Positions 1-12,777 of a stretch of 64,000 bases of DNA are shown here, in pieces (the stretch's first letter is position 1; every line of letters starts with the position of its first letter). This DNA comes from Macrostomum hystrix. Taxonomy: Eukaryota; Animalia; Platyhelminthes. The stretch lies in contig CATNEN010000038.1 in NCBI GenBank assembly GCA_950097015.1, positions 26,598,001 through 26,662,000 of the forward strand. Direction: 5' to 3'. The translations under genes were made by a program, and so were the position numbers. The notes under the pieces are model-generated. The model was not told the DNA's origin. It saw only the letters and a list, made by a program, of their open reading frames with translations, and searched no databases.

Positions 1-2422
1 GTCAGTCAGTCAGTCAAATACACTTCAGAGCCAATGATTCAGTCAGTCAGTCAGTTACACTTCAGAGCCGATGATTCAGTCAGTCAGTCAGTTACACTTC
101 AGAGCTGATGATTCAGTCAGTCAGTCAGTTACACTTCAGAGCCGATGATTCAGTCAGTCAGTCAGTCAGACAGATACACTTCAGAGCCAATGATTCAGTC
201 AGTCAGTCAGATACACTTCAGAGCCAATGATTCAGTCAGTCAGATACACTTCAGAGCCGATGATTCAGTCAGTCAGTCAGTCAGTCAGTCAGATACACTT
301 CAGAGCCAATGATTCAGTCAGTCAGTCAGTTACACTTCAGAGCCGATGATTCAGTCAGTCAGTCAGTTACACTTCAGAGCTGATGATTCAGTCAGTCAGT
401 CAGTTACACTTCAGAGCCGATGATTCAGTCAGTCAGTCAGTCAGTCAGATACACTTCAGAGCCGATGATTCAGTCAGTCAGTCAGTCAGTTACACTTCAG
501 AGCCGATGATTCAGTCAGTCAGTCAGTCAGTCAGATACACTTCAGAGCCGATGATTCAGTCAGTCAGATACACTTCAGAGCCAATGATTCAGTCAGTCAG
601 TCAGATACACTTCAGAGCCGATGATTCAGTCAGTCAGTCAGTCAGACAGATACACTTCAGAGCCGATGATTCAGTCAGTCAGTCAGTCAGTCAGTCAGAT
701 ACACTTCAGAGCCAATGATTCAGTCAGTCAGTCAAATACACTTTAGAGCCGATGATTCAGTCAGTCAGTCAGATACACTTCAGAGCCAATGATTCAGTCA
801 GTCAGATACACTTCAGAGCCAATGATTCAGTCAGTCAGTCAGATACACTTCAGAGCCAATGATTCAGTCAGTCAGATACACTTCAGAGCCGATGATTCAG
901 TCAGTCAGTCAGTCAGTCAGTCAAATACACTTCAGAGCCAATGATTCAGTCAGTCAGATACACTTCAGAGCCAATGATTCAGTCAGTCAGTCAGTCAGTC
1001 AGTCAAATACACTTCAGAGCCAATGATTCAGTCAGTCAGTCAGTCAAATACACTTTAGAGCCGATGATTCAGTCAGTCAGTCAGTCAAATACACTTCAGA
1101 GCCGATGATTCAGTCAGTCAGTCAGTCAGTCAGTCAAATACACTTCAGAGCCAATGATTCAGTCAGTCAGATACACTTCAGAGCCAATGATTCAGTCAGT
1201 CAGTCAGTCAGTCAGTCAAATACACTTCAGAGCCGATGATTCAGTCAGTCAGTCAGTCAGTCAGTCAAATACACTTCAGAGCCAATGATTCAGTCAGTCA
1301 GATACACTTCAGAGCCAATGATTCAGTCAGTCAGTCAGTCAGTCAGTCAAATACACTTTAGAGCCGATGATTCAGTCAGTCAGTCAAATACACTTTAGAG
1401 CCGATGATTCAGTCAGTCAGTCAGATACACTTCAGAGCCGATGATTCAGTCAGTCAGATACACTTCAGAGCCAATGATTCAGTCAGTCAGATACACTTCA
1501 GAGCCGATGATTCAGTCAGTCAGTCAGATACACTTCAGAGCCGATGATTCAGTCAGTCAGTCAGTTACACTTCAGAGCCGATGATTCAGTCAGTCAGTCA
1601 GTCAGTCAGTTACACTTCAGAGCCGATGATTCAGTCAGTCAAATACACTTCAGAGCCGATGATTCAGTCAGTCAGTCAGTCAGACAGATACACTTCAGAG
1701 CCGATGATTCAGTCAGTCAGTCAGATACACTTCAGAGCCGATGATTCAGTCAGTCAGTCAGTCAGTCAGTCAAATACACTTCAGAGCCAATGATTAAGTC
1801 AGTCAGTCAAATACACTTTAGAGCCGATGATTCAGTCAGTCAGTCAGATACACTTCAGAGCCAATGATTCAGTCAGTCAGTCAGATACACTTCAGAGCCA
1901 ATGATTAAGTCAGTCAGTCAGATACACTTCAGAGCCGATGATTCAGTCAGTCAGTCAGTTACACTTCAGAGCCGATGATTCAGTCAGTCAGTCAGTCAGT
2001 CAGTTACACTTCAGAGCCGATGATTCAGTCAGTCAAATACACTTCAGAGCCGATGATTCAGTCAGTCAGTCAGTCAGACAGATACACTTCAGAGCCGATG
2101 ATTCAGTCAGTCAGTCAGTTACACTTTAGAGCCGATGATTCAGTCAGTCAGTCAGTTACACTTCAGAGCCGATGATTCAGTCAGTCAGTCAGTCAGTCAG
2201 TCAGACAGATACACTTCAGAGCCAATGATTCAGTCAGTCAGTCAGTTACACTTCAGAGCCGATGATTCAGTCAGTCAGTCAGTTACACTTCAGAGCCGAT
2301 GATTCAGTCAGTCAGTCAGTTACACTTCAGAGCCGATGATTCAGTCAGTCAGTCAGTCAGACAGATACACTTCAGAGCCAATGATTCAGTCAGTCAGATA
2401 CACTTCAGAGCCGATGATTCAG
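1..2422. repeat. Compound satellite: constant core TACACTTCAGAGCCRATGATT alternating with variable-length (CAGT)n microsatellite runs
   Basis: Visible directly; the array runs off the left edge of the window and ends abruptly at 2422. The overlapping ORFs are repeat translations. Confidence 0.97.
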
Positions 2423-2678
2423 TGTAGTGGGGTGAAATATATAATTTAACGAGCCTGTAGCGGACCTAAAAGCGAAAATTTCGGCCAGTACTTTGCCAGG
2501 CCACTTGACCATTGTTTCCCCAAACCCTTGTTGGCTTAGTTATCGTCTATGGCCCTCAGTCTGACGCACAGTTGCGACTTAGATGAAGCCCCTTGTTGCG
2601 CGAGTTTTGTTGTTTAACTTTCTGCTCGCAAGCTAGAGAGCTACCCACAAATATATGCTAGAGTTCTGATCCTCTACA
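2423..2678. mobile_element. Candidate solo LTR (~256 bp) abutting the satellite
   Basis: Begins TGTAGTGG (2423) and ends CCTCTACA (2678), giving 7/8-bp inverted TG...CA termini. No clear TSD. Confidence 0.4.
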
Positions 2679-2980
2679 AGCCAGTGTATAATAGTTATTA
2701 TTCACGATGTGTCAGTTACAATGGCAAGCAACATCAACTGTCTGTCAATCCACGATAGTGTTCGTCATAGCTTCTTTCCTAACACTAAAGTGCACTAGGG
2801 GTTGGTAGATGCACTTCTGCGCTTGGGAAATAACGAGTTCTATTTCAATCAATGAAAATATTTTAGACAACTTTTTCAGCTCTTTGAATAAGTTCAGGGT
2901 ACCTTTTAACCAGAACTCAATCGGAAAAATTGCACACAGACGATTGAAAGTCAGTCAGATATCTATAATATTTTCCCACT

Positions 2981-4160
2981 AGGTAGATTCTGATATTCCC
3001 AAATCCTATCCCTTTACGGTAGATTCTGATATTCCCAAATCCTATCCCTTTACGGTAGATTCTGATATTCCCAAATCCTATCCCTTTACGGTAGATTCTG
3101 ATATTCCCAAATCCTATCCCTTTACGGTAGATTCTGATATTCCCAAATCCTATCCCTTTACGGTAGATTCTGATATTCCCAAATCCTATCCCTTTACGGT
3201 AGATTCTGATATTCTCAAATCCTATCACTCTAGGGTAGATTCTGATATTCTCAAATCCTATCCCTTTACGGTAGATTCTGATATTCTCAAATCCTATCAC
3301 TCTAGGGTAGATTCTGATATTCTCAAATCCTATCACTCTAGGGTAGATTCTGATATTCCCAAATCCTATCCCTTTACGGTAGATTCGGATATTCTCAAAT
3401 CCTATCACTCTAGGGTAGATTCTGATATTCCCAAATCCTATCCCTTTACGGTAGATTCTGATATTCTCAAATCCTATCACCCTAGGGTAGATTCTGATAT
3501 TCTCAAATCCTATCCCTTTACGGTAGATTCTGATATTCTCAAATCCTATCCCTTTACGGTAGATTCTGATATTCACAAATCCTGTCCCTTTACGGTAGAT
3601 TCTGATATTCCCAAATCCTATCCCTTTACGGTAGATTCTGATATTCCCAAATCCTATCCCTTTACGGTAGATTCTGATATTCTCAAATCCTATCACTCTA
3701 GGGTAGATTCTGATATTCTCAAATCCTATCCCTTTACGGTAGATTCTGATATTCTCAAATCCTATCACTCTAGGGTAGATTCTGATATTCTCAAATCCTA
3801 TCACTCTAGGGTAGATTCTGATATTCCCAAATCCTATCCCTTTACGGTAGATTCGGATATTCTCAAATCCTATCACTCTAGGGTAGATTCTGATATTCCC
3901 AAATCCTATCCCTTTACGGTAGATTCTGATATTCTCAAATCCTATCACCCTAGGGTAGATTCTGATATTCACAAATCCTGTCCCTTTACGGTAGATTCTG
4001 ATATTCCCAAATCCTATCCCTTTACGGTAGATTCTGATATTCTCAAATCCTATCACCCTAGGGTAGATTCTGATATTTCTAAATCCTATCACTCCAGGGT
4101 AGATTCTGATATTTCTAAATCCTATCACTCCAGGGTAGATTCTGATATTTCCAAATCCTA
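2981..4160. repeat. 36-bp minisatellite (GGTAGATTCTGATATTCYCAAATCCTATC + CCTTTAC or ACTCTAG), ~32 units, two interleaved variants
   Basis: 12-aa periodicity in ORF 2917..4128. The rare ATTCGG variant recurs at 3383 and 3851 (468 bp = 13 units). Confidence 0.96.
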
Positions 4161-4627
4161 CACATGAACTCCCTATATAAAATATTGAGCCATGAAGCAG
4201 TTAAAGGAAATTTCAGTTAGTGTTTTGTAGTCTGTAATAAATAAATAGATTATATATTAACTGTTAATCGACTACTTCACACACTCGTGTATTGGAGTTT
4301 CCGTAGCGAAAAAACCGATGCGATGCACAACTTGAAAAAAATCTCGGATCAAATATTTCAGCGCCACTTGGGAGCAAAAAAAAAGTTATGAAACATAACT
4401 ATGAAATCAGAAATCATTGTGAGAATCTGGAATTAGCACACAAATATGTGATTGACAACATTTGCGCAAACTGACTTTAGCAAGGCTGCTTAGAATTTAT
4501 AAAGTACATTTAAGGTTGAAGGAAGGAAAAAACTAGGCTGAAGTTTCTGTGAACATCATTTAAAGCTAACACATAACTGATACATTGTTGGCGTGAAAGC
4601 AAGCGAGGTAGAGAAACGCCTTTCTGT

Positions 4628-4800
4628 AGGGTCATTTAATCAGTCATTACCCTCCATTCCTACAGGGTCATTTAATCGGTCATTACCCTCCATTCCTACA
4701 GGGTCATTTAATCGGTCATTACCCTCCATTCCTACAGGGTCATTTAATCGGTCATTACCCATTACCCTCCATTCCTCCAGGGTCATCTAGTCGGTCATAT
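4628..4800. repeat. Short 36-bp tandem repeat (AGGGTCATTTAATCGGTCATTACCCTCCATTCCTAC), ~4 copies
   Basis: Visible directly. Confidence 0.9.
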
Positions 4801-5843
4801 CCTCCATAATTTCAGGTTCATAATGTCATTTTTACTCGTGTTTGCAAGCTCCGTTTTTAGACTATTTTTTGTAGAAGAGAAGATGCAAATATCAATTAAT
4901 AAAAAGGGACAGGAAGTTGACTTGGAAATACTAAAATTAGCAAACACAACAATTAGCCAATGAATGAAAAGTGGTATGTACACTAGCAATAGATTTTACA
5001 AAGTGATATAGTAAGAAACATGTACAAAGATCCAGGCTAAAGCTACAATTTTTCACACTTTGTAAAAGTTTTGTTTACCAAACAAAATCTGTGTAATCAT
5101 ACAACAATATTTTCGTATGAAACTGTTTGATAATAAAAATACTTTATCATTAAAAAAAAAATCTCTTTGGAGTCTACTGTACAGAAGTGTTGCTGTACGT
5201 TATGTACAATACTGGATATAAAAACATCTTAGCAAACACAGAATATTATGTCGTAAGTCTAATTCATTCCTTGCTTTTCATCGACCAAGGAAATCTGTGA
5301 TTTTCCACATTCAAATTTAGGAAATCTGTTGTTTTCCTCATTCAAATTTAGGAAATCTGTGATTTTTCTTACCTAAATCTAGGAAATCTTTACAGTTTTG
5401 AATGAAGCCTTTATGTGATTTTTTGTAAATTCTGCGCAAATAAAAACCTGTGATTAACTTTTAATGGCAATTATGATCTAAAGCAGTTAGTATTTTTGTT
5501 ATACTCGTATAACCTGAATAGATAATAAAAAAGAATTATTCTACTGAAAATAGGTTAAAAAACTGATATAAAAAGACATTTACGAGCGATGAAAAACAAT
5601 TATATAAAATCAGCACTTACTGAGAAAGAGAGAAATCAGAAATCTCGGCTTTTAGAAGAGACAATCACACCAGGTAGTCTTTGACTGCTAGTAACAGTCT
5701 TTTATAGGTTTAATGAAACCAATTTTGTCACATTCTAGGACAGGTTAAAAATAGATTCTTATCAAAAGTGGAGCTCAATTTTTATTCGGTTCAGATATAA
5801 TAACAGTTAGGTATCATTTAAAACATTGATTTGGATATTTAAG

Positions 5844-8494
5844 TCACTTCTTTACAGAAAGGTAGATAATAAGGGCTAGGACTCCAGCGGCAACGATGCC
5901 AATTATGATGAGAATTACGCACCTTTTACGGGCCTTGCGCTGCAATGGAAATGGAATTGTATATAAGTGTCTTAGTAGGAATGCTGATGGAGTGACAGAC
6001 TGGTGTGAGTAGGAATGCTGATGAAGTGACAGACTGGTGTGAGTAGGAATGCTGATGGAGTTACAGATTGGTGTGAGTAGGAATGCTGATGAAGTGACAG
6101 ATTGGTGTGAGTAGGAATGCTGATGGAGTGACAGACTGGTGTGAGTAGGAATGCTGATGGAGTGACAGATTGGTGTGAGCAGGAATGCTGATGGAGTGAC
6201 AGATTGGTGTGAGTAGGAATGCTGATGGAGTGACAGATTGGTGTGAGCAGGAATGCTGATGGAGTGACAGATTGGTGTGAGTAGGAATGCTGATGGAGTT
6301 ACAGACTGGTGTGAGTAGGAATGCTGATGGAGTGACAGACTGGTGTGAGTAGGAATGCTGATGGAGTGACAGATTGGTGTGAGCAGGAATGCTGATGGAG
6401 TGACAGATTGGTGTGAGTAGGAATGCTGATGGAGTTACAGACTGGTGTGAGTAGGAATGCTGATGGAGTTACAGACTGGTGTGAGTAGGAATGCTGATGG
6501 AGTGACAGACTGGTGTGAGTAGGAATGCTGATGAAGTGACAGACTGGTGTGAGTAGGAATGCTGATGGAGTGACAGATTGGTGTGAGTAGGAATGCTGAT
6601 GGAGTTACAGACTGGTGTGAGTAGGAATGCTGATGGAGTGACAGTATGAGTTAGCAGATTTGGAACACAGTGATTGTTTGAAATTTATTTTTAAAGGCTT
6701 TTCCAGAAAAGTACATTTTATGATAAACAATACAGTATTTATCTACACAAACAATTCTAACTCGTTACGCACTGGCTCACTGCCGTAGTTGATGGAAAAC
6801 AACAAGCCTATTTTGGCTGTGCCAGACAGGTTTGGATCAAATTAAAAAGTAAAGGTAAAAATTCTGGTTAAAATAACAGCTCAGACTGTAGTAATGAGCA
6901 GGAACTAAAAATACATTATAATACCGAATCTCTGTCTTTGAAGATTCAGTCTTTCATTCCTAGTTAGGATATGATTAATACAACTTGTAATATTTTGTGA
7001 AGATGAAATATTATTATATTTAGAGTGCACAGGCGGTCTCACCTTGTACACAATGGCCTGTTGGAGCTGCTCACGGCCCTGTTCGGCGTTGTCGGCCGCC
7101 GAGGCCACATTCTGGGCGATGTCATCACCTGATGGAGATGGGGATTAAGATGAGAATGGGAATGGGATTACAGATGAGATTGGGATTACAGATGAGAATG
7201 GGTATGGGATTACAGATGAGGTTTGGAATGGGATTACAGATGAGAATGGGAATGGGATTACAGATGAGATTGGGAATGGGATTACTGATGAGAATGGGAA
7301 TGGGATTACAGATTACAGATGAGAATGGGATTACAGATGAGAAACGGAATGGGATTACAGACGAGAATAGGCATGCGATTACAGATAAGAAACGAAGTAC
7401 TCACAAATGATGCCCTGGTCATAGACCATGCTAGAAAGCTCCTTAAACATTTCTTCAATGTTTTGTATGTCGCCAAGCATCTCTCGCATTCTCTGCTCCT
7501 GATTTTGCATGTTTAGCAATTCCGCATTAGCCTGAAGCTGCTCTCGCTGTGCTAGGCTGGACATCTGCTCGTCATCCTCCAGCTGCTGCTGCTGCTGCTG
7601 CTCTTGCTGCAGCTGAACCAGATCGTGCACTCGTCGCATTGCGGTCTCCTGAACCCGCTTGTACTTGGCCACGGAGGCTTTGTACTGCTCCAGTAGTCGG
7701 GTGCGACTAGGGCGAGAGGTGAGTAGAAGTTTGAGCACTGCTTAAACATAATCACTAGATCTTATCTGTCCGCACCCTACTCTTATCTACTCTTATCTCC
7801 CTACTCGCATCCATCCGCTCCCTACTCGCATCCATCCGCTCCCTACTCGCATCCATCCGCTCCCTACTAGCATCCATCCGCTTCATACTAGCATCCATCC
7901 GCTCCTTACTAAGCATCCATCCGCTCCCTGCTAGCACCATACGCTCCCTACTAAGCATCCATCCGCTCCCTGCTAGCATCCATCCGCTGCATACTAGCAT
8001 CCATCCGCTCCCTACTAGCTTATATCCGCTCCATACTAGAATCCATCCGCTCCCTACTAGCTTATATTCGCTCCCTACTAGCATCCATCCGCTCCCTTCC
8101 AGCATCCATCCGCTCCCTACTCGCATTCACCCGCTCCCTGCTAGCATCCATCCGCTTCCTGCTAGCATCTACCCTAAAACGCGCACCGAGTATTGAGCAT
8201 GACATCTTCAATTGTTATGGAGCCCAGCTGTTGCAGCAAGTCGGCAGAAGCGGAAATCAAAGCGTTTGTGTCGCTCTGCTTGTCACCGATGGCGGATGTC
8301 AAGGATACCACATTGGTTGGCCGACCCGCATTCAGTTGAGCACAGAGTCTATCTAAATCTTTCACATTGTTATCCAATCGTTGCACATTGTAAGTGCATC
8401 GATCGATCAATTGTCCAGCCTTCCTATTGTTTTCCTGTTGACTGAAACTGCCGCCAATGCCACTATTGGCTGCACCGATACTGCCGTAGGACAT
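5844..8494 (-). CDS. Syntaxin-7/12-like endosomal Qa-SNARE, 263 aa; exons 8494-8187, 7706-7405, 7128-7043, 5939-5844
   Basis: All three introns are GT-AG with consistent phases (792 nt total). N-terminus MSYG, helical Habc-like region, SNARE motif ...DIQNIEEMFKELSSMVYDQGIICDDIAQNV..., basic linker RKARKR and C-terminal TM helix CVILIIIGIVAAGVLALIIYLSV. Confidence 0.9.
5975..6644. repeat. 34-bp minisatellite (GAGTAGGAATGCTGATGGAGTGACAGAYTGGTGT) in syntaxin intron 3
   Basis: ~19 near-identical units inside intron 5940-7042. Confidence 0.95.
7131..7388. repeat. 18/24-bp repeat (GATGAGAATGGGAATGGGATTACA) filling syntaxin intron 2
   Basis: Occupies nearly the whole intron 7129-7404. Confidence 0.92.
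7798..8170. repeat. 21-bp repeat (CTACTAGCATCCATCCGCTCC) filling syntaxin intron 1
   Basis: Visible inside intron 7707-8186. Confidence 0.92.
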
Positions 8495-8692
8495 GACCTA
8501 GCTGCTGATTGTTTAGCAATACTTCCACTGGTCAGCGCAGAGAAGTCTGGTAAAGTAACTGCTGGAAGGGAAAACACACCAGTCTTTGAAATAAGATCTG
8601 ATACACTATTGCGGATTAAGATGACCTGCAAAGAGTATATAGAAAGATGGGTGACACATTTCGGATATAAGTGCACAGATCTTAGAAGGAAG

Positions 8693-9492
8693 GGGTGACA
8701 GATATCAGGAGAAGGGTGACAGATATCAGTAGAAATGTGACAGATATCAGGAGAAGGGTGACAGATCTCAGGAGACGGGTGACAGATATCAGGAGACGGG
8801 TGACAGATCTCAGGAGATGGGTGACAGATATCAGGAGACGGGTGACAGATCTCAGGAGATGGGTGACAGATATCAGGAGACGGGTGACAGATATCAGGAG
8901 AAGGGTGACAGATATCAGGAGATGGGTGACAGATCTCAGGAGACGGGTGACAGATATCAGGAGAAGGGTGACAGATCTCAGGAGACGGGTGACAGATATC
9001 AGGAGACGGGTGACAGATCTCAGGAGATGGGTGACAGATATCAGGAGACGGGTGACAGATCTCAGGAGATGGGTGACAGATATCAGGAGACGGGTGACAG
9101 ATCTCAGGAGATGGGTGACAGATATCAGGAGACGGGTGACAGATCTCAGGAGATGGGTGACAGATATCAGGAGACGGGTGACAGATATCAGGAGAAGGGT
9201 GACAGATATCAGGAGATGGGTGACAGATATCAGGAGATGGGTGACAGATATCAGGAGACGGGTGACAGATATCAGGAGAAGGTCGACAGATATCAGGAGA
9301 TGGGTGACAGATCTCAGGAGATGGGTGACATATATCAGGAGACGGGTGACAGATATCAGGAGAAGGGTGACAGATATCAGGAGATGGGTGACAGATATCA
9401 GGAGATGGGTGACAGATATCAGGAGATGGGTGACAGATATCAGGAGATGGGTGACAGATATCAGGAGAAGGGTGACAGATCTCAGGAGAAGA
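8693..9492. repeat. 21-bp minisatellite (GGGTGACAGATMTCAGGAGAH) upstream of the syntaxin start, probably in a 5'-UTR intron
   Basis: ~38 units. A minus-strand acceptor-like TCTTTGCAG ends at 8626, just downstream of the array. Confidence 0.93.
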
Positions 9493-10374
9493 GTAACTGA
9501 GCTGATGACAGTTGTGAAAAAAACAAAGAAGAGAAGGAATCACGCAAACGAGTGCATGGGAAAACGAAGTGACAAACTTAGTCAAAACTTAGAGAAGGTA
9601 AACTTTATGGGGTTACATCGATAATAAGAAAGTAGAGTTTCTACTAAAGGTGTGCAGAAAAAAAGATAGATAACATTATTTGTAGAAATGAGACAATACA
9701 AAACTCAGTGTTAAATTCTATGGATAAATCCATTTTTTACAATAAATGTCTCGGAAATAATGATTTTCTAATTATTATTTTTTCCTGTCCAGACAACAGT
9801 GCTCAGCTATCGGCGGTGAACAAGCATTTTGTTTGTAGAATTCTAAATCTGGACATGTTGGCCGTCGCGTGAACATTTGAAGGCAGCAAATTTAACTAAA
9901 CAGAAATCACCCCAATAAGCCAGAAAATATATGCGTTATTAAGTACTCGTAGATTACAAGCAAATCATACAACAATAATAATATTAAATATGACATTGTG
10001 GACGAAACCAACAAGGGCAAATATTTAAAGCGTGAATTAACATTTTTTATTCTTTTAAAACTAAAACATCTATACTTAGTGCTGCTGTGCGCTATTCAAA
10101 TATGACTTCAGTGGTGAGAAATGCACTATTATTGTTGAATAAATACTACTTGTTAGTAGACAACGAATATCTTAATAATAATTTGATAACGGAATTCTGC
10201 AAAGCTGTTAGTGACGATCAGAATTTTTTAAGCTCACTTCTTCATAATAATAAATAAAGCCAACTAACTAGGATAGAGAAAACACGAAAAGAAAAAATGT
10301 ACATTAAAACGCAATAATGCATGCTTTATACACACTTAGAAGTAACAACATTAGCATATTTAACAACAATAATA

Positions 10375-11040
10375 AGGGGGGAAAGGGGGGAAGATGAGAC
10401 AGGAAAAGAGAGAGGGGAAGAGAGAGGATGGGAGAGGAGAAGAGAGTGGGGAAGAGAGAGGATGGGAGAGGAGAGAAGAGGGGAGAGGAGAAGAGAGTGC
10501 GGAAGAGAGAGGAGGGGAGAGGAGAGAAGAGGGAGAGGAGAAGAGAGGGAAGAGGAGAGGAGAGGAGAGGGAGAGAAGAGGGGAGAAGAGAGAGGGGAGA
10601 GGAGAGGAGAGGAGAAGAGAGTGGGGAAGAGAGAGGATGGGAGAGGAGAGAAGAGGGGAGAGGAGAAGAGAGTGCGGAAGAGAGAGGAGGGGAGAGGAGA
10701 GAAGAGGGAGAGGAGAAGAGAGGGAAGAGGAGAGGAGAGGAGAGGGAGAGAAGAGGGGAGAAGAGAGAGGGGAGAGGAGAGGAGAGGAGAAGAGAGTGCG
10801 GAAGAGAGAGGAGGGGAGAGGAGAGAAGAGGGAGAGGAGAAGAGAGGGAAGAGGAGAGGAGAGGAGAGGGAGAGAAGAGGGGAGAAGAGAGAGGGGAGAG
10901 GAGAGGAGAGGAGAAGAGAGTGGGGAAGAGAGCGGAGGGGAGAGGAGAGAAGAGGGAGAGGAGAAGAGAGGGAAGAGGAGAGGAGAGGAGAGGAGAGTGG
11001 GGAAGAGAGAGGGGAGAGGAGAGAAGAGGGGAGAGATAGA
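10375..11040. repeat. Near-pure G/A polypurine low-complexity tract with internal higher-order repetition
   Basis: Almost no C/T on the + strand for ~660 bp. The E/R/G-rich ORFs are artefacts. Confidence 0.95.
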
Positions 11041-12777
11041 TGAAGAAATTTAAGGGTAGTAATGATAATATGACTTTACTCTTTCGTAAAATAATGTACG
11101 AGGGGAGAGGGTAATGTAAGAAGGTGGGGTAAGTAAATTAGTGGAAATCTTATTGCATCAATGCAAATGATACAAGACAGCTACAAGACACATAGATTAA
11201 ACATAGGGAATGGGTATGTGCCTATAATAACTAAGAAACTAAAGCATTAGCATCTGAGATCGCTCTGAAAAACTCAAAAGCAAAGAATACTCATTAAAAA
11301 AGAGAAAAATCAAGTTTGCCTGTAACGGATAGACAGATAGGTCATAATTTATTATTGCACAATAACATTGGAAAGAGGGTTGGTACATTAAAAAAACTGA
11401 TTTACTAATCGTCATTATAAACTGAAGCACAAGCACACAAGATGCTGCAAGTAGCATTAGGCGCAAATTATAACTATATTTGAAAGTGGCCTAAATAAAA
11501 TGGCCTTGTTTGTTACTGTATGGTTTTAACATATCTGAGTGCGACGCAAACTTCTAAAAAAACTGAAAAGCACATATCGAAAGGGTGTTTTTCTTTTTCC
11601 TCTCTGATACATTACTATTAGCAGCATGGATTATACATTAGGTTAAGAAGCATTGTCTGTGTATCGATTTTATCAGCGAAAACTGAGCAAGTATCTGGTT
11701 TGGGTTCGAAATAATAAATAGCAACTAATGAAAGTGTTTTTTTAAATACATACGTAACACAAAATACCATTTTCATATGAAAGCAACGATGATAACAGAA
11801 TAAAATTTTTATCACTTTTATAAATCAGGATTGGGATTTGTGGAATATAAGGATTATAATTAGTGAGCTATCAGGTTAGGGACTTGTGGGACTTTCAGGG
11901 TTGGGATTTGTTGGATTTTCCGATTGGGATTTGTGCGATTTCAGGATTGGGATTTGAGATTTCAGGATGGGATCTGTGATTTCAGGATTGGGACTTGTGG
12001 GATTTCAGTACTGGAAAAACGGGGCAATTTTAGATTGGGATTTTGGAGATTTCAGCGTTGGGATTTGTGAGATTTTAAGGTTGGGATTTGTGGGATTCTA
12101 TTGTCTTTGGGACCTTACAGAAATATCGTCAAAAACATCAATAGAACTGCGTTAACCACTTTATCCACAGTTCAAGAGCGAGTTGAATTGCCAGCAAGTC
12201 TATTTACAGTGTTACACTAAAGGAATTTCACTTACATTTTCTATGAAAATCGTATCATCTAGATCAATAAATACATGTAACGATAGCTACAAAATAAAAT
12301 CTGGGCTTATCTAAGCACTGGTTAAAGCGTACATTTTAGTTAAATAATTAGACAAATTTGCTTATAACACACCTGCTAAAAAGAGAAACAAATTTAATCT
12401 TAATAAGCTTCTATTGGAATACAAACATGCACAATTCTTTTCTATTCAATGCAATGATATAGTATAAACATCAATACTATGATACTATTACGAATCTATG
12501 GGTCGATATACAGTTAAGCATATAGATCTAGAACTCAGAAATCTACAGATTCTGCAACAGTTAAGCATGCAGATCTAGAACTTTGGCATCTATTGTCCAT
12601 AGATCAGAACTACAGTTTAATGAGTCTACTGAAGCTTTCAAGAAAAAATTTGTTATCTCTAGCATAATGTATTTATAAAAAGTGCATTTTGAAGAAAGCC
12701 CGATTAATGTATGATTTCATTTATGTTTATTACAATCAGACGGCACTATTGACTCGGATGTTTAAAACAACAATTCG

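Noticed and set aside
1-2422. CRISPR-like repeat/spacer appearance
   Set aside because: The spacers are only (CAGT)n, not unique sequences; there are no cas genes and the context is eukaryotic.
8407-9624. Long ORFs (CHPSPDI)n / (VTDIRRR)n / (GDRYQE)n
   Set aside because: All are translations of one 21-bp minisatellite that is open in several frames on both strands.
10321-11053. E/R/G-rich ORFs in three frames
   Set aside because: A purine-only tract cannot contain stop codons.
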